Below are positions 1 through 10,339 of a stretch of DNA of 64,000 nucleotides, in pieces (the stretch's first letter is position 1; every line of letters starts with the position of its first letter). The DNA is from an uncultured Actinomycetes bacterium (GTDB taxonomy: Bacteria; Actinomycetota; Actinomycetes; Streptosporangiales; Streptosporangiaceae): NCBI GenBank assembly GCA_963795575.1, contig CAWCII010000012.1, forward strand, positions 15,624 to 79,623, written 5' to 3'. The notes below the pieces were generated by a model. The model was not told the origin of the DNA, did no database searches, and saw only the letters and a program-made list of their open reading frames with translations. The translations under genes and the position numbers were made by a program.

Positions 1-470
1 CGGTCGGCGGCGTGGTCCGCGACAAGGACGGCATCGGCGCCGCCCTGGCCGTGCTCGGCCTCGCGGCGCGCGAGCGGGCGGCCGGCCGCTCGCTGCTCGA
101 TGCCTACGACGCTCTGGAGGCAGCGCACGGGGTGCACCTGACCGCGCAGCTCACGCTGCGCACCGGATCGCCGGGCGACGTCATGACCGCCCTGCGGGCC
201 GCTCCCCCGGCGTCGCTGGCCGGCCAGCCGGTTGCCTCGGCCGAGGATCTGGCCGCCGGGAGCGGCGGCCTGCCGCCGTCTGACGTGATCATCTACCGGC
301 TGGCCGGGGCCAGGGCGGTCATCCGGCCCAGCGGCACCGAGCCCAAGCTCAAGGTGTACTTGGAGGTCGTCGAGCCCGCGGCCGACGGGCTGGCCGGCGC
401 CCGGCGGGCCGCCGCCGCCCGGCTGGTTCCGCTGCGTGCGGCGGTCGGCGAACTGGTTGTGGCAAGCTAG
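1..470 (+). CDS. phosphomannomutase/phosphoglucomutase family protein, C-terminal part (5' end outside window)
   Basis: Frame of ORF 12..470 stays open to base 1. It carries the phosphohexomutase C-terminal signature RPSGTEPKLKVYLEV. Confidence 0.8.
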   Translation, partial: VGGVVRDKDGIGAALAVLGLAARERAAGRSLLDAYDALEAAHGVHLTAQLTLRTGSPGDVMTALRAAPPASLAGQPVASAEDLAAGSGGLPPSDVIIYRLAGARAVIRPSGTEPKLKVYLEVVEPAADGLAGARRAAAARLVPLRAAVGELVVAS

Positions 471-754
471 GGCGTGTCTCGTGGATTTTGGTGACGCCGC
501 TTGCTGGCGCGCCTGCGGCGCGACGGAGCGGTGGTCGCGCGGCGTCCGGAAAGGCGGAGGAGCCCATCGCGGAGCTGTGGTCGGCGACGCCGGGCCCCCG
601 CGAAAACGCGGCGGCGTTCTCGCCGGGGTGGGCGACGCCGGGCCGGCTTTTCTGGCGCCGGTCGTCGTCTGGGCGCCGGTCCGCGCCGCAGAAGATTCTA
701 CGAGGCACGCCCTGAAGGACCCACGTCCGCGGTAACACAGAGAGTCCGTCTGCC

Positions 755-2504
755 ATGAGAATGTCCAGCCAGTTCGGCCTGACGCTACGGGCGGCCCCGG
801 GCAAGACCGAGGCCGAGGGGCATCAGATGCTGGTCCGGGCCGGCTTCGTCCGCCAGCTCGGCCAGGGCATCTTCTCCTGGCTCCCGCTCGGCTGGCGCAG
901 CGTGCGGAAGATCGAGAACATCCTGCGGCAGGAGATGGACGCGGCCGGCGGCCAGGAGCTGTCCCTGCCCGTGGTCCACCCGGCCGAGATTCTGGAAGGC
1001 CAGCGGCCGGTATCACACAGTCGGTCCGGAGCTGACCCGCTTCCACGACCGCCGGGGCCGGGACATGGTGCTGGCGATGACTCACGAGGAGGTCATCGCC
1101 GAGCTCTGCCGCAGCGATATCAGCTCCTACCGCGACCTGCCCCGGCTGGTGTACCAGATCCAGACGAAGTTCCGCGATGACCCGCGGCCCCGGGCCGGCC
1201 TCATCCGGGTGCGCGAGTTCATCATGAAGGACGCGTACACCCTCGACGCGGACGAGGCGGGGCTGGACGCCCAGTACCGCACGCTGCACCAGGCGTACTT
1301 CAACGTGTTCGCCCGGTGCGGCCTGCCGGTCATCGCGGTCGGCTCCGACGTCGGCATGATGGGCGGGAGCCTGGCCCACGAGTACATGTACCTCACGCCG
1401 GTGGGCGAGGACACCCTGGTGCTCTGCGACGCCTGCGGGTACGCCGCCAACCGGCAGGTCGCGTCGTCCGCCCGGCCGCAGGCGCCGGACGCCGCACCGC
1501 TCCCGCTGGAGCGGGTCGCCACCCCCGGGACGGCCACGATCGACGACCTCGCCGGATTCCTGCAGGTGCCGGCCGGCCAGACGGCCAAGGCGCTGTTCAT
1601 GGCCGCCGAGCGCGAGCAGCCGGACGGCAGCCTCACCGTGCAGCCGATCGTGGCGGTCGTCCGCGGCGACTGCGAGCTGAACGAGACGAAGCTCGCCAAT
1701 GCCGTGGCTGCCCCAGCCCTGCGGCCGATGACCGCGGAAGAGATCACCGCGATCGGCGCCGTGGCCGGCTACGGATCCCCGATCGGCACCGCCGGCGCCA
1801 CCGTCGTGGCCGATGAGCTCGTGGCGGCCACGGCCAACCTGGTGGCGGGGGCCAACGAGGAGGGTTACCACTTCCGTCACGCCAACCTCGGCCGTGACTA
1901 CGCCGCCGATGTCGTCGCCGACATCGCCGCCGCCGGCGACGGTGATCCGTGCGTCAACTGCGGGGCCGGGCTGAGAACCACCCGCGGGGTGGAAGTGGGC
2001 AACATATTCAAGCTGGGCACTCGCTACTCCGCCGCGGTGGGCGCGACCTTCCTCGGCGCCGACGGGCAGCCGCAGCCGATCGTGATGGGCAGCTACGGCA
2101 TCGGCGTCGGCCGGCTGCTCGCCTGCGCGGCGGAGGAACACCACGACGACCGCGGGCTGCGCCTGCCGGCCACCATCGCCCCGGCCCATGTTCACCTGTG
2201 CGCCCTGACCGGCGGCGACTCTGGTATCAGGACCACAGCCGATGATCTCTACAAGCGGCTGACCGCGCAGGGCACCGAGGTGCTCTACGACGACCGCGGC
2301 GAGCGCCCGGGAGTGCAGTTCGCCGATGCCGACCTCATCGGGCTGCCGGTCAGGGTCACCGTCAGCGAGAGGTCTCTGGCCCACGGCGGCGCCGAGGTGA
2401 AGCGACGCGACCGGGACGAGCGCGAGGTCGTGCCACTGGACCAGGTCACGGGCGATGTCACGGCGGCCGTGGCGGATCTGCTCGACGAGCTGGCCGTGCA
2501 CTGA
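755..2504 (+). pseudogene. proS: prolyl-tRNA synthetase, reading frame broken once in this sequence
   Basis: ORF 755..1180 gives the N-terminus (RAGFVRQLGQGIFSWLPLGWR...LSLPVVHPAEI). ORF 1065..2504 gives the rest (MVLAMTHEEVI...RAGLIRVREFIMKDAYT...GSYGIGVGRL). One extra T near 999-1000 shifts the expected PAEIWKASGRYHTVGPELTRF into another frame. Confidence 0.92.
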
Positions 2505-3670
2505 CCGCGCGGACCCGGGCTCACAGCCTGTTCGAGAACCCATCCTCGTCGCGAGCGGCGGCCCAGGCGGCTCCTGGCCAGGCGGAGCGAGGGCGCCCAG
2601 CCGGAGGTACTCAGCAACCGAGCGAGAACGCAGCCAGCGGCCGTCTGGGCGGCGCGCAGCAGGGCAAAGGTTCTCACCTCAGGCTTCTCGGCAGGCCGGC
2701 CGGAGCTGGCCGCCAGGCCGGCCAGGGCGCGGGCGGAGCCGGGCGACGTGCCGGCGGCCAGCCAGCGCGGCGGTTCCCGGCCCGCGATGACGGCCTGGAT
2801 GTGCCGGACCGCGGGGGTGAACGAGTACCGGTACGGCCCGGTTCCCGGGTAGCTGACCGGATCCCGGCCGGGCACGTGCACCTGGAAGCTGTCGCGCGCC
2901 GCGGGGTGGAACGGGTTGCTGATGCCGATCTGCCCGGCGGTGCCCATCAGCCGGCTGAACGTGTCCTGAGCCCGGCGGAAACCGCAGGACAGCAGCAGCC
3001 TGCGCTCACCGGGGAAGCCAAGCCAGCCCCAGGTCTCCAGATCCACCCCGGATGGGTCCCAGATCGCGCTGGCCGACGCCGCGTCGTGCCCGGCGGCGAA
3101 CAGGTCGAGGGCCAGCCGGACCGGGTAGCAGCCCACGTCGTTGAGCGCGCCGCCGGCCAGGCTGGCCGATAGCCGGGTCCGGGCCGAGGCACTGCTCAGG
3201 GCGAAATGGAAATTCGACTGGATCTCGCGCAGCTCGCCGATGACCCCGTCGGCGAGCAGGGCGCGGATCCGGTTCATCTGGTCGTGGAAGGGAAAGACGA
3301 ACGCCTCCCACAGCGGGGTGCCGGTCTGGGCGGCCACGGCGAGGACCTGGTCGGTCTCGGCCGGCGACACGGTGAGTGGCTTCTCGCACAGCACCGGCTT
3401 CCCCGCCCGGAGGGCCTTGATCGTCCACTCGGCGTGCAGGCTGTTGGGCAGCGGGATGTAGACGGCGTCCACCTGCGGGTCGTCCACGAGCTGCTGGTAG
3501 CCGGCGATGCCCCGGCCGACTCCGTTGTCCCGCGCCCACTGCGTGCTGCGGCCCGGGTCACGGCCGGCCACGGCGGCGGCGATCCCGCCCGCCTCGGCCA
3601 CCGCGGGCAGGAAGGCCCTGCGGGCGATGTTGGCTGTTCCGATGATCCCCCACCGCACCCGGTCTGGCAT
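2285..3670 (-). CDS. Gfo/Idh/MocA family oxidoreductase (ORF tail probably read-through)
   Basis: ORF 2285..3670 has the N-terminal Rossmann motif WGIIGTANIARRAFLPA and the VLCEKPL motif. Family length (~330 aa) predicts an end near 2675. The last ~130 codons are Ser/Arg-rich and overlap the convergent proS 3' end. Confidence 0.8.
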   Translation of the reverse strand: MPDRVRWGIIGTANIARRAFLPAVAEAGGIAAAVAGRDPGRSTQWARDNGVGRGIAGYQQLVDDPQVDAVYIPLPNSLHAEWTIKALRAGKPVLCEKPLTVSPAETDQVLAVAAQTGTPLWEAFVFPFHDQMNRIRALLADGVIGELREIQSNFHFALSSASARTRLSASLAGGALNDVGCYPVRLALDLFAAGHDAASASAIWDPSGVDLETWGWLGFPGERRLLLSCGFRRAQDTFSRLMGTAGQIGISNPFHPAARDSFQVHVPGRDPVSYPGTGPYRYSFTPAVRHIQAVIAGREPPRWLAAGTSPGSARALAGLAASSGRPAEKPEVRTFALLRAAQTAAGCVLARLLSTSGWAPSLRLARSRLGRRSRRGWVLEQAVSPGPRGQCTASSSSRSATAAVTSPVTWSSGTTSRSSRSRRFTSAPPWARDLSLTVTLTGSPMRSASANCTPGRSPRSS

Positions 3671-3671
3671 G

Positions 3672-4833
3672 TCAGGCGCTCGGGTAGAGCCGGGTCAGGG
3701 CGAACTCCCGGTGTCCGATGGCCTCGGCGCAGGTCGAGCCGGCCGTTGATGGTCCGGTCGCAGATCGCCATCAGCCGGTCGCCCGCCGTGGCCAGGTCGT
3801 ATTGCCGGGTCAGCAGCCCGGCGCAGTCCAGGTCGATGTGCTCGGCCATGGTCTGCGCGGTGAGCGGGTTCGCGGTCAGCTTGATCACCGGCTCGACCGG
3901 GTGCCCGATCACGTTGCCCTGCCCGGTGGGAAACAGGTGCAGCACCGCGCCGGCCGCGGCCATCAGCGTGACGCACTCGGCCGCGGCCGACGAGGTGTCC
4001 ATGAAGTACAGGCCGGGCCCGGACGCGGGAACCTCCGCGGCCTCGAGCGCGCCCACCACCGGCTTGGTGCCCGTCTTGGCGATGTTGCCCATCGCCTTCT
4101 CCTCGATGGTGGACAGGCCGCCGCGGATGTTGCCCTGGGTGGGCTGCGAGCCGAGCAGATCCGCGCCGGCCCGGGCGATCATCTCCATGTACCGGTCGTA
4201 GATGCGCTGGAACTTCTGCCGCACCGCGTCGCTGGCGCACCGCCGGGCGATGAGGTGCTCGCCGCCGGTCAGCTCGCTGGTCTCACCGAACAGCACCGTC
4301 CCGCCCGCCTCGACCCACCGGTCAACGGCCTGCGCGGTGGCCGGGCAGGAACCGAGGCCGCTCGTGGTGTCCGACTCGCCGCACTTGACCGAGAGCATGA
4401 TCTCGTGCCGCGCTGCCTCTTCTCGGGTCCGTTCGGAATCATCGCGCAGGAACTGGGCGGCCACCCGGGCGGCGCTCTCGACCGTGCGCAGGTCGCCGTG
4501 CCGCTCGATGGCGAAGCCCTGCACCTTCTTGCCGGTCTTGGCGATGCCGGTGACCAGCCGCTCGGTCCAGCTGGGCTCGATGCCGATGACCACGGCCGAG
4601 GCGACATTGGCGTTGGCCGCGGTGCCCGCGAGGGTCGCGAAGGTGAGGTCCAGGTCGGCGCCGAACTGCAGCCTGCCGTAGGCGTGCGGCAGCGCCAGCG
4701 TGCCCGGGACCAGCCTCGCCACGGCCTCGGCCGCGGCGTTCGACAGGTCGTCGACCGGCAGGATGACGGTGTGGTTCCTGATCCCGACCGCGCCGTTCTC
4801 CCGGCGGAATCCGGTCAGCGCGGGCTGCTTCAC
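3672..4833 (-). pseudogene. UxaA-family sugar-acid dehydratase, large (catalytic) subunit, one indel near the 3' end
   Basis: Lies inside ORF 3274..5109, with a GTG start (VKQPALTGFRRENGAVGIRNHTVILP) and the blocks SVKCGESDTTSGLGSCPA and GNIRGGLSTIEEKAMGNIAKTG. An extra base near 3745 hides the native end (INGRSTCAEAIGHREFALTRLYPSA*). That stop at 3672-3674 is 1 nt from the next ATG. Confidence 0.85.
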
Positions 4834-5090
4834 AGCCGTGCGCTCCTCACGTTGTGCACGTGCACATGATCGCCCTGGCTGATATCCCTGGTGGCGATGC
4901 CCACCGGCTGGCCGTACTCGATGATCTCGCGCCCGGCCGCGATGTCGGCCAGGGCCAGCTTGTGGCCGAGCGGCACCGCCTCGGTGAGCCGGACGCGGAC
5001 CGGCTCCGGCCCGCTCAGGCAGCCGCCCCGCACCGGTCCCGGATCGAGATCCCGCACCGCGACGCCGACCAGGTCGCCGTCCCGGTGCAC
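4830..5090 (-). CDS. UxaA-family dehydratase small subunit (SAF domain)
   Basis: ORF 4830..5090 (VAVRDL...VPLGHKLALADIAAGREIIEYGQPVGIATRDISQGDHVHVHN). Its stop overlaps the GTG of the large subunit (GTGA). Confidence 0.8.
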   Translation of the reverse strand: MHRDGDLVGVAVRDLDPGPVRGGCLSGPEPVRVRLTEAVPLGHKLALADIAAGREIIEYGQPVGIATRDISQGDHVHVHNVRSARL

Positions 5091-5206
5091 CAGGAAGCCC
5101 GTGGCTCATCCGGCATGTGCCCTCCTGCGGATAGCGGTCTTACCACTGTGCTCGGAGAATAGCGCGAGCCGGGCGCGGCCGCGCCTGCCGCCTGCGGCCG
5201 GCACCG

Positions 5207-6746
5207 CTAGGCCCCCGGGCTCTGCGGCACCGCGCCGCTGCCGCCGCCCCCGGCCGGGCCGGAGATCGGCGCGCCCGGCCCGCGCACCATGGACAGCGGG
5301 CTGGCCACGTCCTCGAGGGATTTGCCTTCCGCGGCAACGCCGAGGAAGGCCTCGACCAGCCCGCCGACGATCATCGCCCCGGCCCCGATGAGATAGCCGA
5401 CGTAGAGCTTGTTCGGGTCGCTTCCGTTGCCGATCAGGTGGCCGTACAGGTGCGACCCGAGCGCGCCGAAGCCCTGCGCGATGGCGAAGAACACGGCGAT
5501 GGCCTGCGCCCGCACCTCGAGCGGGAACACCTCGCTGGCGGTGAGGTAGCCCGCGCTCGCGCCCGCCGAGGCGAAGAAGAAGACCACCGCCCAGCACAGC
5601 GTCTGGGTGGTCGCGTTCAGCTGGCCGTTCTTGAACAGCTGGGCGGTGATCAGCAGCAGGATGCCGGACAGGATGTAGGTGCCGGCGATCATCTTCTTCC
5701 GGCCGAGGGTGTCGAACAGCCGGCCGATGGTCAGCGGCCCGAGCAGGTTCCCGGCGGCGAAGGCGTAGAAGTAGTACGGCACCTGATTGGCCGGCACGTG
5801 GAAGAACTTGGCCAGCACCAGGCCGTAGGTGAAGAAGATCGCGTTATACAGGAAGGACTGGGTGATCATCAGCGCGGCGACCAGGATGCTGCGGTCCGGG
5901 TAGTGCGAGAACAGCACCCTGACCAGCGACAGGTAGCCGATGCGCTTGGTCGGGACGATCTCGATCGCCTTGCTCTCGTCCAGCGGGGGGAGCTGTCGGC
6001 ACCGGCGTCGGACTCGGCCTCGATCTGCGCGATGGACGCCTCGGCCTCCTCCTCCCGGCCGTGCATGATCTGCCAGCGGGGGCTCTCCGGCAGGTGGCGC
6101 CGGACGAGGATGATGCACAGTCCGAGCGCGGGGCCGACGAAGAAGGCCGTCCGCCAGCCGAGGTCGGGCGGGAGGTGGTTGAGCAGCACCAGCGTGGCCG
6201 TGGTGCCGATCAGCGCGCCCGCCCAGTAGGTGCCGTTGACCGCGATGTCGATCCGGCCCCGGTACCGGGCCGGCATCATCTCGTCGATCGCGGAGTTGAT
6301 CGCCGCGTACTCGCCGCCGATGCCGGCGCCCGCGATGACCCGGGTGGCGTACAGGAACGACCACCCAGCCGCCCGCGCCCGCCATCGTGGCGGCGGTAAG
6401 GCCGCTGCCGATCAGGTAGACGCCGAGCGTGACCATGAACAGGTTCTTGCGGCCCAGCTTGTCGGAGAGCCGGCCGAAGAACAGGGCCCCGATGATCTCG
6501 CCGATCAGGTACCAGGTGGCGATGTCGGCGACGCCCGCCGCCGACATGTTCAGCGTGGACTTCTGGGTCAGGGCGGCGGTCAGGTTGCTGGCGATCGGTG
6601 ATCTCCAGGCCGTCCAGGATCCAGGCCACCCCGAGCGCAATCACCATCTTGGTGTGGAACCGCGACCAGCCCAGCCGGTCGATGCGGGCGGGAATCAGGC
6701 TCCTGATGGGCGGGTCTGGGCCTCGGACGCGGTTGCCATCGGTCAA
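5207..6746 (-). pseudogene. MFS transporter (sugar-porter-like), several frame hops
   Basis: N-terminus is in ORF 6276..6746 (RFHTKMVIALGVAWILDGLEIT). The middle is in ORF 5869..6279 (LGWRTAFFVGPALGLCIILVRRHLPESPRW). The C-terminal half is in ORF 5207..6640 (LSDKLGRKNLF..., YFYAFAAGNLLGPLTIGRLFDTLGRKK). Confidence 0.8.
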
Positions 6747-7516
6747 CCTCCGATCGCTACGCTCGCACCGCTCCTACCCAGCCCCGGGTTTTACGCCTTG
6801 TCCGGGCAGCTCATTGCCGCCGCCGGGCGGGTGGGGATATCCCCCGGGCTGACCCGGGGGCTAGCCGCATTCCGCCGGGCCGGCCCGCCGTCCGTAGCGT
6901 GCGGCCAGGACGGGCGATGACGGAGGGGTCATGGACACGGATCGCCGCGAGCGAGATCGCCGCATCGGTGGCCGCCCATCAGACATCTCGGCCCCGGCTA
7001 CGAGCAGGCGCTGGCCGAGGGCCTGGTGGAGCGCATCGGCGCGGAGATCGACGACCGGATCACCAGGCCCAGATCGATCAGCCGCGTCTCGGCGGAGGTC
7101 GACGGCCGGGTCGGCCACGGGACTGGACCAGCATGCTCCGGCACGTGCCGGGCCGCACCGTGCGCCGGGCCGGGCCCGGGCCGGGCGCGCTCCGGGCGGC
7201 CGTCCGTCCTGCTGATGCTGGGCTCGATGGTGGTCGCCACGTGGCCAGCGCGATCGTGCTGATCGGCGAGCGCGGATCCAGACGATACGAACAGGGAGCA
7301 CCAGCCGGTCCGGCCCGGGCGGCGCGGCGCTCATGCTCACCGCGCTGATCTGGATCGTCATCGGCCTCGTCAACGTGGCCTACGTGCAGCGGCAGCAGCG
7401 GCAGTAGCGCGCGGCGACGTCCCGGGGCCGCCGCAGCGCCGGGTACCATCGGCATCTGCGTGACGGGCGTGTCCGGGGGGCACGCGTCCGCCAGGTACCC
7501 ACCGAGAGGGACACCG

Positions 7517-8456
7517 ATGACGGCGGGGGCGACCTTCCTCCCGGCCAGGCGCGATGGTGGCGCTGGCCACCCCGGTGCACGCGGACGGGACCCTCGACGA
7601 GGGCGGGCTCGAACGGCTCGTGCAGCCGGGTGGTCTCCGGCGGCGTGGACGGGATCAGCCCGGTCGGCTCCACCGGCGAGGGCGCCCTGCTCACCCGCGC
7701 GCAGCGGCTGGCCGTATGCCGCCGGGTGCGCGAGCTGGCCCCGCCCGGCATGCCGGTGATCCCCGGGCGTCCCCCTGGTCACCCTGGCCGAGGGCCGGGC
7801 CGAGCTGGACGGCGCTGGCCGAGGCCGGGGCCACCGCCGCGCTGGTGGCGGCGCCGTCGTACTACCCGCTGTCCGACGACGGCGTGCTGCGGGTCTACGA
7901 GACCCTGGCCGAGCGCACCCCCATCCCGCTGGTGCTCTACAACATCCCGGTCTTCACCAAGGTCATCGATCGCGCCCGGCGGTGGTCGGCCGGCTGGCCG
8001 CGTCATCCGGCCGTCGCCGGGATCAAGGATTCCAGCCGGGACATGGAGCTACCAGCCAGCAGATCATCTACGGCCACGGCCGGCGCCGACTTCAGCGTGC
8101 TCACCGGCACCGACACGCTGCTGGTGCCGAGCCTCGACGCTCGGCGCGGCCGGCACCATCGCGGCCAGCGCCAACCTGGTGCCCGGACCTGATCGCCGGC
8201 GTGTACCGGGCCTTCCGGCCGGCCAGACGGCCGAGGCGCTGAGCCTGCAGCAGCGGCTCGCCCGGATCGTCGACCGCCTGCCGGGCCGGCTACGCCCCGG
8301 CGGGCTGGAAGGCCGCCCTGCGAGATCGCCGGCGTCTGCGCCGCCCATCCGGTCCCGCCCGGCACCGCGCTGTCCGCCGGCGAGGCGGCCAGGCTCGCGG
8401 CGGTCCTGGCCGCCGAGGGCCGACCGGCCCGGCCTGGCGCCGCGGCCGGCCGATGA
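7517..8456 (+). pseudogene. dihydrodipicolinate synthase (DapA) family enzyme, probable 2-keto-3-deoxy-sugar-acid aldolase/dehydratase, many frame hops
   Basis: Fragments lie across three frames: MVALATPVHADGTLDEGGLERLV, GVDGISPVGSTGEGALLTRAQR, ALVAAPSYYPLSDDGVLRVYETLAERTPIPLVLYNIPVFT, AVAGIKDSS and GTIAASANLVP. Confidence 0.75.
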
Positions 8457-9366
8457 CCGCAGCCGCCCGGCCGGTCCCGGTCACCCGGCCGGCGCTACCT
8501 GGCCGAGAGCCCGGTCTGGGATGCCGCCGCGCCGGACCCTGCTCTGGGTGGACATCATGGCCGGTGACGTGCACCGGCTCGACCCGGCCAGCGGCCAGGA
8601 CACGCAAGACGCACGTCGGCGTCCCGGTCGGCGCGGTGGCCGGCGCGGCGCGCTGGCGGGCTGGTCCTCGCCGCGGGGGTCGGGCTTCGCCACCCTGGAC
8701 GAGCGGTCCGGCGCGCTCGAGCTGGCTGTGGGACGGGCGGCCGCGGGGACAGGATGAACGACGGCAAGTGCGACCCGGCGGGCCGGTTCCTGGCCGGCAC
8801 GCTCACCTACGCCCGCGACCCCGGCGCCTGCGCGCTGTACCGGCTGGACCCGGCCCGCGGTCCCGGCGAACGGCCGGCGGACGGGTGAGCACCCTGCTCG
8901 GCGGCGTCACGCTGTCCAACGGCCTGGGCTGGAGCCCGGCGGGCGACCTGATGTACTACGCCGACACCCCGCCGGAGCGGGTGGACGTGCCTGGACTACG
9001 ACCCGGCGACCGGCGACGGCCACCGGCCGCCGGCTCGTTCGTGGACCTGCACGACGTGCCCGGCCGCCCCGACGGCCTGACCGTGGACAGCCGAGGGCGC
9101 CGTCTGGATCGCCATGTCCCGCGGCGGCGCCGTCCGCCGGTACACCGCCGGACGGCCAGCCTGGACCTCGTGATCGAGTTCCCGGTCCGGCTGGTCACCA
9201 GCGTCACGTTCGGCGGCGCCGGCCTCGGCCGACCTGTACGTGACCACGTCGCGGGAGGGTCTCGACCGACGAGCGACCTGGCCGGCCAGCCGCTGGCCGG
9301 ATCGGTCTTCGTGGTCAGCGGCAACGGGCGTCCAGCGGCCTGCCGGCCAACGCTTATGCCGGTTAG
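8453..9366 (+). pseudogene. SMP-30/gluconolactonase/LRE family protein, many frame hops
   Basis: Fragments: SPVWD, LLWVDIMAGDVHRLDPASG, MNDGKCDPAGRFLAGT, LSNGLGWSPAGDLMYYADT, GRPDGLTVDS, VTSVTFGG and LAGSVFVV. The ATG overlaps the upstream stop (ATGA at 8453-8456). Confidence 0.75.
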
Positions 9367-9395
9367 CGGGCTGCGCCCGGCGGCGATGCGGCGGC

Positions 9396-10292
9396 TCACG
9401 CGCCAGGCGTCGGCGCGCCGCCGGGCACGGCTGAGCGGCCGCTGTCCGCCGCCTGGGCGCGGGCCAGCGAGCGGGACAGCTCGACGCAGCCGACCGCGAT
9501 CAGCAGCACGGCCACGATCTCGACCGCCAGCCAGCCGCCGGTCCGCAGGTCCTCGCCGAACACGGTCACCCCGTAGGCCACGCTGATCAGCGCGTCGCCC
9601 AGGGTGAGCGGCGGCTGCGCCGCGACCAGCGAGCCGGCCTGCAGGCTGTTCTGCAGCAGGAACAGCGCGCCGACCCCGGCCACCGCGGTGCCGTACAGCT
9701 GCCAGCGAGGTGAAGAACGGCACGACGCCCTGGCTCAGCGCGGCCATCGCGCCCTTCATCAGCGCGGCGGTGAGCGCGTAGCCGCACGCCGCGGCCAGCG
9801 CGAACGCCGCGGCCCGCGGGTTGCCGCGCAGCCGGACGCCGGCGGCGATCACCACCGCCTCGAAGCACCCGGTGACGATCAGGGTCGACCACCCAGACGT
9901 GCGGCGGGGCGTGCGTCCCGCCGCCGGACGGCGCGGCGGCGGCCAGGCCCGCGCCCAGGCTGACCGTGACCAGGATCACCGCCCCCCAGGTCAGGCGGGG
10001 CAGCGGGCGGCGGACGAGCCTGCTGGCCAGCAGCAGGGTGAACGGCAGCTCGATGATGAAGATCGGCTGCACCAGGGCGACCGGGCCGTTGGCCAGCGCG
10101 ACGGCCTGGCACACCGCCGCGACGATGATCAGCCCGATGCCCGCCAGCCACACCTTGCGCCTGACCAGGTAGCCGAACAGCGACAGGTGCAGCGCCTTGG
10201 ACGGCGGCGCGTCCCGGGCGGCAAGCCGCTGGCAGCACCGACGCCGACCCGTTGGCCAGCGCGGTCAGCAGGGCAAACACGACCGAGAGCAC
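9396..10292 (-). pseudogene. DMT/EamA-like multi-pass membrane protein, frame hops
   Basis: Consecutive hydrophobic pieces lie in ORFs 9879..10292, 9587..10153, 8956..9855 and 9396..9683 (e.g. IGLIIVAAVCQAVALANGPVALVQPIFIIELPFTLLLA, LFLLQNSLQAGSLVAAQPPLTLGDALISVAYGVTVFGE). Confidence 0.55.
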
Positions 10293-10339
10293 CGCGGCAT
10301 CCTAGCGCTAGCGCATCCCGGCGCTTCAGGGCGCCCGGC

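Noticed and set aside
530-542. T-box-like string GGTGGTCGCGCGG in the 280-nt region upstream of proS.
   Set aside because: It deviates from the GGTGGTACCGCG core. It lies ~215 nt from the start codon, with no adjacent terminator or SD-sequestering helix or specifier-loop layout that I can draw. The similarity is expected by chance in GC-rich DNA.
2285-2674. C-terminal 130-codon extension of the Gfo/Idh/MocA ORF overlapping the proS 3' end.
   Set aside because: It has Ser/Arg-rich composition. The family normally ends near residue 330, and stops exist at 2674 and 2679 in the other two frames. It is most likely read-through caused by a terminal indel, not a novel domain.
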